A DNA stretch of 64,000 nucleotides from a virus: positions 32,001-96,000 of the IMG/VR virus record IMGVR_UViG_3300018875_000003; one strand, written 5' to 3'. The position numbers were made by a program, and so were the translations under genes. The notes below the pieces were generated by a model. That model saw only the letters and a list, made by a program, of their open reading frames with translations. It searched no databases and was not told where the DNA came from. Shown one piece after another: positions 10,559-20,615 of the stretch. The number at the start of each line of letters is the position of its first letter. Position 1 is the first letter of the stretch.

Positions 10559-12765
10559 TGAGTTTCACCCCCTTCGTCATGGATTGTTAAATCACATTCG
10601 CAGTTCGTGTGAAACGGAGGAATGCGATAGAATATAGCAATCTCATCGTAGGATGAGAGTTCTACCAGAGAGATTGTTTCTTGCGACCGCTCATAGCAAG
10701 TCGAGCAGCTTCCAGGCTCATTCAGTGCCTTTACGCTTTCCACTCCGCTTCTGCCCAGCGCCAGCACATAGCCGTAATGGTATGTCTTAATCACTGTCGT
10801 TTTTGCGATCGCTTTGATACGGTGCCTGATGGATTCGAATACGCTGCGGGTGATGATCGCTGCATTGCTGCTATCTTCAACGCCCTTCAGCTTCTCGTTC
10901 AGCACGCCGTGGATTGTCTCTTCGATGAGATCGAAAGAGTCCTGGGTAAATTCAGATACGATCCGGAGCGATTGCGACAGGTTAATCCCTGGCGTCTTGG
11001 AAAGCTTCAGCTGAGCTGCTGCCTTCTTGGCTCCTTCCAGAAGCACGTTACGGGCTTCTCTCTGAATAACCTGATCCATTTTGTCCTTACTGAAATGAAT
11101 AGCGGAGAGTGCTTCGGCCGGCGACGTCATCGGGAATCGATTACGCGCCTGTGACCGCTGAATCTCGCCAATCACGTCGGCCTCCATGGTGTCGAAGATG
11201 TTGACCATCTCTTTATGGAGTGACTGCACCGATTCAAGAGGGATTTTAAATTCCTGCTGAATCTGCTGATATTGGCTGCTTTCTTTCACTGGGAATTGGA
11301 TCGCTCTATCCAGTGCTTCTCTGATCGATTCCGTGCTTTTCTTCGGACCCGAGCGTGTGCCGTTTTGATTGGTCGGCTGCTGCTTGTTGTCCGTTTCTGC
11401 ACTTTTCTCTGCTGCAAGGCTGGCTGCATGCTCAGCTTGTTGCATACCGACCATTTGATAGTACAATCGCGTTTCGTCGGCTACAGGGTCTTGGCCCAGG
11501 TTCTTACGCGTCTCATCCCATGTCTGAACGTTATGCTCAAACTTGAAGATTTCGTGCGTCTCTACCTTAATCCGCATTTCCTGTTCAATTTCGTTAAAGA
11601 CGAAGTTGACTTTGAAATCCGGGTTTGCCATTGGATCATAGCCGCCCTCAACCAGAAGTTCTTCGATAATGAATTTATCAATATACATCTGGATGATCTG
11701 CTGCCATCCTTTGACCCGATCCGCTTTATTACCGCTCATGGCGTCTGCCGTGTTGCGGTTGGCTGTATCTCCTCGACCGAAGTCAACCTGAGACATTCCG
11801 AGACCCGAGAACACGCGGTTCTCGAAGTAATCCAGATACGTTCGTCCATCGATCGCAGTAATATTAACGGCTTCAACCTTATGGCGTTCTGGAATTACGA
11901 TCGCCCCGTCTGTCGGCATATCTTCGATAACCGACCGCATATTGTCCAGCTCTTCATCGCTGGCTTCGTAGCCAGGTTTATCGATACCCACCGTGTAGGT
12001 GAGAAGCGGGAAAATATGACGATACAGCAGTAAGGCTGCGTTCTCTTCCATCTTCCGAAGAAGTTGAATGTCTCCGATTACCGGAGCCAGCCATGGAAGG
12101 CCGAATGCTTCGCCTGCCGGACGGTTCGCTGCGATATGGACGATATCCTGAATTTGAAAATCCTTCGTATCGCCGCCTGATCCGGTGCTTTGCGTGTACT
12201 TTTTGATGTTCCCGGAATCATCCCGAGTAATCGAGATGGTCGCCGGTGCAAGTCTAAAGTAGCCGCCGACTGGATCTTTCGCTGGCAGGACTGCCGTTGC
12301 CGGTAAACCCGGCGCAAGCCCTACTCCGCCTTTAGCTCTCGCCTTGGCGATAAATGAGTTGTGGAATCGCACCATATCTTCTGCAATCCCAAAGAAAAGT
12401 TCATCGGTCGGCACCTGAGTGGCGATAGCCATCATATCAAGCCGCGTCTTGACGTACTGCAGTGCTTCGTCGTTCTTGCCCTTGAATGTATATCCGGACT
12501 TCACAATCAGCTCGCTGTATTTCATGACGGTCTGCGTCAGATAACTATCTCGCTCAATGGCGGTGGCAATGGCTGCAAGATCCGCTTTTGGACTTTCTGC
12601 GTCGCTTCCGCCTGAGCTATTCTTTACCGCATACCCTATTCGCTTTACCTGGGTTGCCTTTGGATCACGATTGACAGTGACGCCGCTGCTTGAGCTTCCG
12701 CTCGATGGAGTAGTTGCGTTCTTTAGGCCAATACGTGACAATGCCTTCATCAAAAGCTTAGCCAA
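10555..12765 (-). CDS. Portal protein with C-terminal MuF/gp7-like head morphogenesis domain
   Basis: DIVHI...GEAFGLPWL portal-like motif; C-term CSTC..IPPFHTNCEC; between TerL and protease. Confidence 0.75.
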   Translation of the reverse strand: MAKLLMKALSRIGLKNATTPSSGSSSSGVTVNRDPKATQVKRIGYAVKNSSGGSDAESPKADLAAIATAIERDSYLTQTVMKYSELIVKSGYTFKGKNDEALQYVKTRLDMMAIATQVPTDELFFGIAEDMVRFHNSFIAKARAKGGVGLAPGLPATAVLPAKDPVGGYFRLAPATISITRDDSGNIKKYTQSTGSGGDTKDFQIQDIVHIAANRPAGEAFGLPWLAPVIGDIQLLRKMEENAALLLYRHIFPLLTYTVGIDKPGYEASDEELDNMRSVIEDMPTDGAIVIPERHKVEAVNITAIDGRTYLDYFENRVFSGLGMSQVDFGRGDTANRNTADAMSGNKADRVKGWQQIIQMYIDKFIIEELLVEGGYDPMANPDFKVNFVFNEIEQEMRIKVETHEIFKFEHNVQTWDETRKNLGQDPVADETRLYYQMVGMQQAEHAASLAAEKSAETDNKQQPTNQNGTRSGPKKSTESIREALDRAIQFPVKESSQYQQIQQEFKIPLESVQSLHKEMVNIFDTMEADVIGEIQRSQARNRFPMTSPAEALSAIHFSKDKMDQVIQREARNVLLEGAKKAAAQLKLSKTPGINLSQSLRIVSEFTQDSFDLIEETIHGVLNEKLKGVEDSSNAAIITRSVFESIRHRIKAIAKTTVIKTYHYGYVLALGRSGVESVKALNEPGSCSTCYERSQETISLVELSSYDEIAIFYRIPPFHTNCECDLTIHDEGGETQ

Positions 12766-12842
12766 GAATCACATCTCCTTTCCGAGCAAGTCACTTTGTC
12801 TTTATCAATTATATATTAAACTTGTAACACGTTACACTTTGA

Positions 12843-14096
12843 CTAGACGCGGTATCCATTTGCCTCCAAATACTCACTCGCCCATTCGTCGGTGATTTCA
12901 CCGACCTCTTGCAAATCCTCTAATATCCTTAAAAATCTTCGTATTTCCTCCTTTTTTTGAATCAGCTGATATTGTTGGCTATAAAAAATAGCTTCTTGCT
13001 GATAAAAACGAGTCATATCCGTAACACTGGAATCGTATTGTTTTTTGCTTTCCAAAAGGGAGCCAACCATGATTTCGGCCAGTGCATTCATCGATTCATT
13101 GGATTCAGATTGATTGTAGAGCCAGTTCTTTACACCAGTGCCGGACTTGGACTCCAGCTGCTGATGAAACCACTGCTGCTTCGACACATACGCTTCCTTC
13201 TGGTCATCAACCAGCGCGTATTGTCCTTTGAGAGAAGTCAGCTTATCTTTGATCGTTCGGAAGGACAACATAATGTAAGCTGCTGCCGAGGATTTGTCTG
13301 CCAGCGTATTCAGCTGCAAGATCATCTCCTTCAGATCATCTTTCATAACGATGGTCGGGTCGGCAATCAGGAACTGGAACTGATCGATCATCTGGGAATA
13401 CATCACATACCGGTTCCGGTGAACGAAGGATGTGTCTGCCAAAGACACATGCAGCGTCTCCATTTGTTTACGGGCGACATCCTGGTTGTAAATCTCCTTC
13501 TCCATCGAAGCGATGTTTGTATTCTCCGTGTCTTCCTCATGGCTGTGTTCTTCTGAATAGGCGTCTTGAATTTGATCTGTCAGATCGTTGAAGCTCTGTT
13601 CGGCTTGCACCCATTGATCGATCATAGACGACTCGGCATTCGCTACAGCTTCCAGGTCGGAGTTATCCGTAATCTGATTACGGTAGTGATTATCCAGAAA
13701 GGTTTGCTGCAATTGGCAGGAAGCCTTCATTCGGTAAAGGATCGTATACAGTTCAGCATCGCCAGAGCCCCGTGGACCGCATAGGATGTCCTCTTGCGCA
13801 ATGATGGCATCTTGCTTGCCGCTGGTGAGCGCCGCCTTATACGCGGCAAAATCCTTCGTCTGGTTGCGGTTGTCGATGACCTGCAGCAGGGCAGCAATCC
13901 GTTCAACCAGTTCAGCATAGCCGGTCAGGGCGCTGGTGATCGTAAAGTCCTCGGACCGTTTGATCTTCTGTACAGTGGATGGGTCGATCCGGAAGAATCG
14001 ATCTTTTTTCGGCAGCTTTACGTCTGGGCGATAATTGATTTGGCTGCGCTCATAGGACGTGTCTATCCCGCGCTGTCCAAAGATATCTTCAGTCAT
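12843..14096 (-). CDS. Hypothetical helical protein
   Basis: 417 aa; AGGAGG RBS. Confidence 0.7.
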   Translation of the reverse strand: MTEDIFGQRGIDTSYERSQINYRPDVKLPKKDRFFRIDPSTVQKIKRSEDFTITSALTGYAELVERIAALLQVIDNRNQTKDFAAYKAALTSGKQDAIIAQEDILCGPRGSGDAELYTILYRMKASCQLQQTFLDNHYRNQITDNSDLEAVANAESSMIDQWVQAEQSFNDLTDQIQDAYSEEHSHEEDTENTNIASMEKEIYNQDVARKQMETLHVSLADTSFVHRNRYVMYSQMIDQFQFLIADPTIVMKDDLKEMILQLNTLADKSSAAAYIMLSFRTIKDKLTSLKGQYALVDDQKEAYVSKQQWFHQQLESKSGTGVKNWLYNQSESNESMNALAEIMVGSLLESKKQYDSSVTDMTRFYQQEAIFYSQQYQLIQKKEEIRRFLRILEDLQEVGEITDEWASEYLEANGYRV

Positions 14097-14262
14097 TGAT
14101 TCGACCTCCTGTTATATGTAAGGCGCAGACCGTTGTAGTCTGCGCCCCAGGGAAAGAGAGTTGATGAGCCTAGCCAGAAAGGATACAGGGGATTTTGTGC
14201 CTTCCACCCGCCCGCGCATTTACAGGAAGGGACAACGCATTACATCAGGCATTCCAGAGGAT

Positions 14263-16023
14263 TTAGAACTTGGCTCTTGTCGGGCGGTGTTTCGTGTTTC
14301 CACGACCCCATACACTTGCGCCCGACCGGCTTCTTTTCCCGCCGTACCCGAGGGCTACCTTTTCCAGGTGCCAGTTCGGATTATCTCGAAGCTCGCGCTC
14401 CGGTTTCTTATTTTGTGTGCTGAATACATCCCGGTTGTCTCCGAACACCCGATCGGCAATCTTTTGCTCGAATTGGTTGTTGACGGTGAACGCCCGGCTG
14501 GCCACGTTGAATTTCTCCAGAATCTTCGCGATATCTGGGTATTCGATCGTGAATCCAAGGATCGTCAGCATGAACGCATCCAGTGCGTGCTCGTTTTCAG
14601 AAGTATAGATTGGTTTACCGTTTTGAGAGATACGGATAACCTGGTAGTCCATCATTTGCTTCCAAACCATATCGTCAAAGGCAGAGAGGATAATGCGGTC
14701 TCGTTCCAAGAGGATGGCAGTCTGGTTGACCATGAAGTTTTTGGCGTCTTTCTTGTCGATCTCCCGAGTCGCCGGATCACGAATCTCAATCGTTTGGGAG
14801 AACTGAATCCGTTTAACCTTTTTATCAAGGCGCGTATATGGGTTTTCTCGACCGTGAAGACGGAGGGCTTCGATCTGATATTCACCGCTACCGGCATCCA
14901 CATAGATGAATGCTGGATCGTAGATGTCATTCAGCTCGATGATGCGTTTAACGGCGTTATCGAAGGTGAAATCACCACGAGGAATTTCTGATCGGAGGGC
15001 AACCCTGAATTTCTTATGGACTTCATCGAACTCGGTGACGATAATCTGGGTGGCTGCGCCGTATTTATCCCAGTCAACACCGATGATCCGAAGCGCCCGT
15101 GGAGCAGGGTTATTTATAGTATAAGGCCCATAATAAACGATGTCATCCAGGTTAAGACCCTGCTTCTGATACTGCTCGCGCTCATACAGGTTCAGCTCGC
15201 GATAACTATAGTAGAATTGGCTTTTTGCTCGCTCTACCGCGTCTTTATTGAAAACTCCGACAGTTTCCTCACCGAACTCTGCTTCAACCTCGTGAATGTA
15301 ACCTTGAGCGGTCATTGTTGCACGAAGCTCGCCTTCCATCCGCTCATCAAAGTCAGGGTTGACTTTCGAAGGGAAGTGATAGGCTTTGTAACCCGTATCC
15401 GGGTTCGTGCAAATGTCATAGAAGAAGTCGCGCTTACCGGTCGGCGTGGAGCTAACCCAAATCCCGATACGCTTCGGATCTTCCATCGCAATGGCCGTAA
15501 CTGCATCGATACCGTCACGAGACATGTAATCGACCTCATCGAGAAACAGCCAGTCCGCCCGCTGACCACGGACAGAGGCACCGGCTTGGCTACCTGCATT
15601 GGCGCCGGCCGTAAAACCCATGATCTTCGAACCGTTACCGAACGATGCGATAAACGGGTTCTTTGTGATCGTTACGGACGCAGCCAGCTCCTCGCAGTCG
15701 CGCACAAGCTCCTGGAGACGCATGAAGATCAGTCGAACCTGGTGCTCGTATGGTGTTGCGACAAGAAGACGACTATTCTTATGATGAAACGCGTACCAAA
15801 GACAGAAGACTACCATTGTTTCTGTTTTACCTACACGTCGTCCCATTCGGGCGGCGATACGTCTGTCTCCACTGAGAATGCCCTTGATCATCATTCGCTG
15901 ATACCAGCGGGCTTTCCAAGCGTTCCCCTTCGGATCCTTCAGCTTCCAATATGCCCACTTAACAGGATCTGAGCGTATTTCTCGCTCCATCTCTATTAAT
16001 TGCTGTTCTGTTTCTTTTGCCAT
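14263..16023 (-). CDS. terL: Terminase large subunit
   Basis: Walker A GRRVGKT, Walker B LFLDEVD, SSTP coupling motif, nuclease IGVDWD and HALDA. Confidence 0.92.
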   Translation of the reverse strand: MAKETEQQLIEMEREIRSDPVKWAYWKLKDPKGNAWKARWYQRMMIKGILSGDRRIAARMGRRVGKTETMVVFCLWYAFHHKNSRLLVATPYEHQVRLIFMRLQELVRDCEELAASVTITKNPFIASFGNGSKIMGFTAGANAGSQAGASVRGQRADWLFLDEVDYMSRDGIDAVTAIAMEDPKRIGIWVSSTPTGKRDFFYDICTNPDTGYKAYHFPSKVNPDFDERMEGELRATMTAQGYIHEVEAEFGEETVGVFNKDAVERAKSQFYYSYRELNLYEREQYQKQGLNLDDIVYYGPYTINNPAPRALRIIGVDWDKYGAATQIIVTEFDEVHKKFRVALRSEIPRGDFTFDNAVKRIIELNDIYDPAFIYVDAGSGEYQIEALRLHGRENPYTRLDKKVKRIQFSQTIEIRDPATREIDKKDAKNFMVNQTAILLERDRIILSAFDDMVWKQMMDYQVIRISQNGKPIYTSENEHALDAFMLTILGFTIEYPDIAKILEKFNVASRAFTVNNQFEQKIADRVFGDNRDVFSTQNKKPERELRDNPNWHLEKVALGYGGKRSRSGASVWGRGNTKHRPTRAKF

Positions 16024-16032
16024 GCGATCACC

Positions 16033-16275
16033 TTAGTTTCGATACAAGCTGCTCAGCTGGTGATACCCCTTCTGCGAAAGGTTGACCTCATAACCGCGGC
16101 CCTTATTATTCCGCATGTGAAGTAGTCCCGCTTCCTCTGCCTTGTTCCAGTCCATCTTATCGTGCAGGCCATGTGGCGTTAGGTTCTTGAGCGGCACCCA
16201 TTGATCATTCCTTCGACCGTGAAGCAGAATCCTGTTGAGAGCTTGATTTGATTTCATAAACACTTTGTGCGTCAC
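16033..16275 (-). CDS. Hypothetical small protein (possible winged helix)
   Basis: 80 aa; AAGGAG RBS; GLL..YEVNLSQKG. Confidence 0.55.
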   Translation of the reverse strand: MTHKVFMKSNQALNRILLHGRRNDQWVPLKNLTPHGLHDKMDWNKAEEAGLLHMRNNKGRGYEVNLSQKGYHQLSSLYRN

Positions 16276-16331
16276 GCTCCTTCACATAACGATGAAGTTG
16301 CATGTCAACACCTCCTGTACGCTTGCCTTTA

Positions 16332-16676
16332 TCAATCGTTCACACTGTCAGCAATACCGCCAAGTAGTGCGCCACCGAGAGCAGCTGCGCCATAAGTTAA
16401 CGCCTTACGTTTTCCGGAGCCAGCCATAAACTTATTATGCATTGCTCCAGTTCGGGCAGCAGCTCGTCTTACCTGGCTGCCAGCATAGCCTTTGGCTTTT
16501 GTCCCGAACGATCCGCCGCCACCCATTCGGATTGGACGGTTTGTGATCGAACTGGAAAGGCGTCCGGCTCCGTATTGGAAGCCCGCCATCGCCGCACCGC
16601 CAATTACAGCACCGCCGACAACTCCAGCTCCGATGCCGTCATCCACACGGTTGTACGGATTATTTGTCTGCATCAT
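16332..16676 (-). CDS. Gly/Ala-rich glycine-zipper protein
   Basis: GAGGTGA RBS; two GxxxG hydrophobic segments; paralog of 16687..16923. Confidence 0.65.
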   Translation of the reverse strand: MMQTNNPYNRVDDGIGAGVVGGAVIGGAAMAGFQYGAGRLSSSITNRPIRMGGGGSFGTKAKGYAGSQVRRAAARTGAMHNKFMAGSGKRKALTYGAAALGGALLGGIADSVND

Positions 16677-16686
16677 TCGAATCACC

Positions 16687-16923
16687 TCAATCTGTCATAT
16701 AATCGATTCCTGCGCCAAGTCCGGCGCCGACTACCGTTGCCGCAGCATATACGCCTGCGCGCTTCCAGCTATTGCCGAAGAACTTATTGTGTTTCTTCAT
16801 GAGCCGGGCAGAGCCATGGATTGCGCCCATACCAGCCGCGCCCGAAGCTGCGCCGATTGCAATGCTGTTATACAGAGGGTCGTGGTTTTTAACACGCTGG
16901 TAAGGCTGATTGCTTTGCATCAT
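16687..16923 (-). CDS. Gly/Ala-rich glycine-zipper protein
   Basis: GGAGGTGA RBS; MMQSNQPYQRV N-terminus resembles neighbour. Confidence 0.65.
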   Translation of the reverse strand: MMQSNQPYQRVKNHDPLYNSIAIGAASGAAGMGAIHGSARLMKKHNKFFGNSWKRAGVYAAATVVGAGLGAGIDYMTD

Positions 16924-16937
16924 CTCTTCTCACCTCC

Positions 16938-17381
16938 TCAGTAGGATTTCGAAGCTCCTCGCGCGTGACGAGACATAATGCCAGATGCTGTGCTGCGCGC
17001 GCTGGTGGTGTTTTGCAGTCCTACCTGCTGCATATACATCTGTCCTTCGTTCTGAGTGAATCCGCCGCCAAACATCGATGACTTCTGACGGATTCCTGAC
17101 TTCGCCGCATCTGTCATCCGGATGATCTCCGGCGTCATCGATACAGCAGCCATAGCACCCATCGCAAGAAACCCTCCGGGAACGAGCCCCCAGGCGGCGT
17201 TCGTCAGGGCGGCTTTACCGATCGCCACGGCAGCATTCTCTCCGTTTTTGATCCTTGAATATGAATCGAAGGCAACCATGCCGGCACCAAATGTCCGGGG
17301 AAGGATGCCTTCTTTCCTGAGCTGTTTAGCAGCCCCGCTGCCGGATGCTGGCGGCAGAGCTTGTGTCGTTAAATCCGGCAT
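16938..17381 (-). CDS. Gly/Ala-rich protein, possible ejection/internal virion protein
   Basis: 147 aa; central hydrophobic segment. Confidence 0.55.
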   Translation of the reverse strand: MPDLTTQALPPASGSGAAKQLRKEGILPRTFGAGMVAFDSYSRIKNGENAAVAIGKAALTNAAWGLVPGGFLAMGAMAAVSMTPEIIRMTDAAKSGIRQKSSMFGGGFTQNEGQMYMQQVGLQNTTSARSTASGIMSRHARGASKSY

Positions 17382-17386
17382 TTACT

Positions 17387-17749
17387 TTAGCCCCCATGTC
17401 TTAAATTGTGCAAAGCGAATACGAGGTCCCCTCGGGCTGCCAGATCCTGATTGCCTGCTGGATCGCCCATGTACCCCATGCCATCTGCCTGGGTTCCAGG
17501 AAGCGACATGATTCCACGGTCATCCATATGATCCATCGCATTCTGGTTAGCGGCTTCCTGCTGTCCAGCGAGGACTTGATAGGAAGCGTAAGTGCCCATA
17601 CCCGTCAGAGCAGCCGCCTTTCCTTTTCTGGATAGTCCTATCCCTGTATACAAGTTATTGATGCTTCGCTGGGTGTTCCGCTCAAAGAGCGAAGGCACCT
17701 GCTTGGCCATGAACTTGCCTACATTGTAGGCGCCTCTTACGTAGACCAT
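17387..17749 (-). CDS. Gly/Ala-rich protein, possible ejection/internal virion protein
   Basis: 120 aa; GGAGGT RBS. Confidence 0.55.
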   Translation of the reverse strand: MVYVRGAYNVGKFMAKQVPSLFERNTQRSINNLYTGIGLSRKGKAAALTGMGTYASYQVLAGQQEAANQNAMDHMDDRGIMSLPGTQADGMGYMGDPAGNQDLAARGDLVFALHNLRHGG

Positions 17750-17759
17750 AGCCTACCTC

Positions 17760-18500
17760 CTACTCGATGGGTTCGACATCGATCGGATTAATATCGATGA
17801 TATTGTCTTCCCCACGCATTTTTCTGTAGTACGCTTCTTCTGCTTCGTCTTCCTTTTCCATGTGAGTCGCCATGTCGTCTTGCACCTTAATCATTTGTGC
17901 GGCTCTTGAAGATGGATCAAGCTCGACAGTCAGCTTCGTACCCTGCTTGTCGCGTCGTGTGCTGTTCAGCAGCTGCAGCGTTTTGTTCTTGCTGGATCGC
18001 AGCTTCTCTTTGTACTCCACGACAGGGTGAAGTTCTTTCTTGGTCAAGGCTTCTCCCTCTTCGGTCATGCCAACGACATTATCGATGATAAAGTCCGCAT
18101 CGATCGCCATTTTGTTGTCGCAGCGAAGCAGGGATACATCAATATCAACCAGCTCTTTGACCATGATCAGATCGACAGTATTCCGCGGATCATCACGGTC
18201 AATATTCAGGTCGGTGCAGTATCGCTCAAAGAGGTCTTCGATCGCAGCGATTTCAATGGGGCATTTTTCTCCGAATGGGGCCATCTGCATTTGCATCAGC
18301 GGGCAGGCATCTCTATAAGGGCAGCCTTCCGCTTTACAGATGATAGGTACAGACGCATACAGTCCGTGCTTTGTGCTGCGCAGTCTGCGGGCGACGTCAA
18401 TCGCCTGTACAGCTGCAGGGTTCTGTGTCCAAGCAGTGGGGTTCAGGTTCTGGGAAACAACCATCTTTCCTGCTTCGGTGCGAGGTCCAGTGTTCGACAT
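17760..18500 (-). CDS. Candidate terminase small subunit
   Basis: N-term TGPRTEAGK..SQN..KHGLYA motif, Cys cluster, helical body; upstream of terL. Confidence 0.5.
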   Translation of the reverse strand: MSNTGPRTEAGKMVVSQNLNPTAWTQNPAAVQAIDVARRLRSTKHGLYASVPIICKAEGCPYRDACPLMQMQMAPFGEKCPIEIAAIEDLFERYCTDLNIDRDDPRNTVDLIMVKELVDIDVSLLRCDNKMAIDADFIIDNVVGMTEEGEALTKKELHPVVEYKEKLRSSKNKTLQLLNSTRRDKQGTKLTVELDPSSRAAQMIKVQDDMATHMEKEDEAEEAYYRKMRGEDNIIDINPIDVEPIE

Positions 18501-18503
18501 GGA

Positions 18504-18869
18504 TTACTCTCCCTCCGGCTTAATGCCGCAGATATCCATGACGTTATTCCATTTTTCAATCGTTGAATGACCATCCCAGTTCGGCTCGATCTCTGGCAGT
18601 GTGCCTACATCAAAGCTGTCCGGAATATGGAATGTAATCGATCCATTGTTGATGGATATCACGCGAAGCCAGCCTTCCCAGTTATTGTCCCGGTCGTAAT
18701 ACCATCCGGACGGATAATACTCAGGGCTGACTTCCGCCATGCCTATCACATTGCGAACAGTGTCGTTCGTATAATTGGCCAGCAGCAGTGCGAGCATGTT
18801 TCGCTCCCAGTAGGCGCCATCGGATTCCTGCTCCGGTGTCATGCCTTCTTTCCATACGTAGGGTTTCAT
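18504..18869 (-). CDS. Hypothetical phage protein
   Basis: 121 aa; AAGGAG RBS; YWERN..ITFH..WDGHST. Confidence 0.7.
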   Translation of the reverse strand: MKPYVWKEGMTPEQESDGAYWERNMLALLLANYTNDTVRNVIGMAEVSPEYYPSGWYYDRDNNWEGWLRVISINNGSITFHIPDSFDVGTLPEIEPNWDGHSTIEKWNNVMDICGIKPEGE

Positions 18870-19014
18870 TTATATCAACTCCTTTTATAAGTACGCAAAA
18901 AGGGGTAGATCTAATGGCCCCCTGACCCCGATCGGTGCTGTTTGGGCAGTCTATCCCCTTATGTCAATTGTACAGGCTATGGTATTTTCAGGACATTTCC
19001 GTATAGAAGGGCAT

Positions 19015-19042
19015 AAAAAAATAGGGCCCCTCTCGGAGCCCC
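19015..19042 (-). terminator. Intrinsic terminator of the parMR operon
   Basis: Minus strand GGGCTCC-GAGA-GGGGCCC followed by a T7 tract. Confidence 0.7.
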
Positions 19043-19088
19043 ATCTTATCGAATCTTATTTCGTTTTGTTGTATTGCAGGAGAATACC

Positions 19089-19262
19089 CTACTTTCCTTC
19101 GTTTTTCTCCATTGTGATCGCTTTGAGCAGCAAACGCCGACCCTCGCTCGCCCAATCGCCAGGCTTGATATTGCTGAAATGCTCATCGATCTCCGTATCC
19201 ACTTCGCGGATAATAACTTGGATTTTCGGAATCTTCGGCGCTTTGTGTTCTGCCATGTTCAT
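19089..19262 (-). CDS. parR: ParR-like ribbon-helix-helix adaptor (57 aa, not in ORF track)
   Basis: ATG overlaps parM TGA; MNMAEHKAPKIPKIQVIIREVDTEIDEHFSNIKPGDWASEGRRLLLKAITMEKNEGK has a strand-helix-helix pattern. Confidence 0.65.
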   Translation of the reverse strand: MNMAEHKAPKIPKIQVIIREVDTEIDEHFSNIKPGDWASEGRRLLLKAITMEKNEGK

Positions 19263-20506
19263 GATGCCTCGCTTTCAAATACGTTCTTAATAAAACGATC
19301 GTAGACTGCTTCGAAGTTCAGCGAACCATCCTCCTGCGGCTTGATCTGGCTGATAGCTGCACGGATATAGAAGCCGTACACGTTTGCCATTTGCGGATCA
19401 TCGACAGCAACGAAGGCTTGCACCTTGCGGGCAACAAACTCTTCACGCAGTGCGTCCTGGAAGATGTGGGCGCCGCCACCGGTCAGCAAGATAATCTTCA
19501 CGCGGTTTGCATGCTGACCCCACGATGTGATGACCTCGTGTGCAATGACTTCGGCAATCTCTTTAGCAGCCTGCTGCACTAGCGGAGCCATGTCGTGCTG
19601 ATCGCCATTGAAGTCGATCTTTATGCCGCGTACAGCATCGTCCAGGTCTGCGTCGGTTGGCGTGTAGGCGATGCCGAAATTTTCATCAAAGTATCGCGGC
19701 ATGCTCACTCTCAGGCGCTTATACAGTTCAGATGTTGCCACAGTGGAAGCGTAAGTACCCTGCTCGTCCATAAACACGCCTTCGGAGAACAGCGCATAGT
19801 CTGTCGTCAGGTGGCCGATGTCGATAACAGCCGTCATGGATCGATACAGTTCAGTTGTCAGGAGACCTTCTCTCGTAAACGCGAATTGCGAATAGGATAC
19901 GGTGCCTTCTGGCTGTCTGACAATTTCAGAGCCAATCACGTTGATGTTCTTGGTAATCGTCTTACCGAATCCAAGGTAGAATGTCACCGTGAATGTCTGA
20001 TTAATGTATTCTTCAAGTCTCTTCTTGATTCCCAGCTCGTAGTCATCGTTTGGCAGGCCGGTTGTCACGTACACATTGTAATCCCCATCCTCGTGCGGCA
20101 GGCACATGGCTAGGTTTGTTTCAAACAGGACACGGAAACTCTGATCGCTTGCCCGGTCGTGGTTGGTGGTACGGTTTGTCACCAGAAGCGCATTGCTCTT
20201 CATTGCCTGGGTGCCAACGTGGAAGATTCCATCGCTAGTCTTCACCATCAAACGATCCTCATCGATTGTTGTGTTTCTCAAAGAGTTTGCATATTTCTCG
20301 TTTGTTGTTTGCACAGTCGATGGCATTACGCCTGCTTGACCTGTGCTGGATAGACGCTTCGCTCCGCCGAATCCGATATCGAGACCAACGATCTCATAAC
20401 CGAATGCGTCAGCGAGTACTTGCAATACTGTCTGGCGCTGGCCTGTCTCCTCTTGACCTGTTTCAATAGCTTTTGCCTTTGCTGCTGCACCTGTTTTAAC
20501 CGCCAT
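19259..20506 (-). CDS. parM: ParM/StbA-family actin-like partition ATPase
   Basis: GLDIGFG..K, TGLP, QPEG, VIDIGHLTTD, LLTGGGA, PQMANVYG. Confidence 0.9.
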   Translation of the reverse strand: MAVKTGAAAKAKAIETGQEETGQRQTVLQVLADAFGYEIVGLDIGFGGAKRLSSTGQAGVMPSTVQTTNEKYANSLRNTTIDEDRLMVKTSDGIFHVGTQAMKSNALLVTNRTTNHDRASDQSFRVLFETNLAMCLPHEDGDYNVYVTTGLPNDDYELGIKKRLEEYINQTFTVTFYLGFGKTITKNINVIGSEIVRQPEGTVSYSQFAFTREGLLTTELYRSMTAVIDIGHLTTDYALFSEGVFMDEQGTYASTVATSELYKRLRVSMPRYFDENFGIAYTPTDADLDDAVRGIKIDFNGDQHDMAPLVQQAAKEIAEVIAHEVITSWGQHANRVKIILLTGGGAHIFQDALREEFVARKVQAFVAVDDPQMANVYGFYIRAAISQIKPQEDGSLNFEAVYDRFIKNVFESEAS

Positions 20507-20526
20507 ATTATATTTCCTCCTAATTT

Positions 20527-20599
20527 GACATGTTACAACATGTTATACCATGTTACGACATGTTCTGATGTGTTCTCTCATAATCGATCATAACATGTC
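20527..20599. repeat. parC-like centromere: 10-bp-period repeats with core CATGTT
   Basis: gacatgttac aacatgttat accatgttac gacatgttct gatgtgttct, plus a further copy inside the parM promoter. Confidence 0.7.
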
Positions 20600-20615
20600 C
20601 CATTAGAGGAAGCAA
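20587..20615 (-). promoter_or_regulatory. SigA-type promoter of parMR
   Basis: TTGCTT-17-TATGAT with extended TG on the minus strand. Confidence 0.65.
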
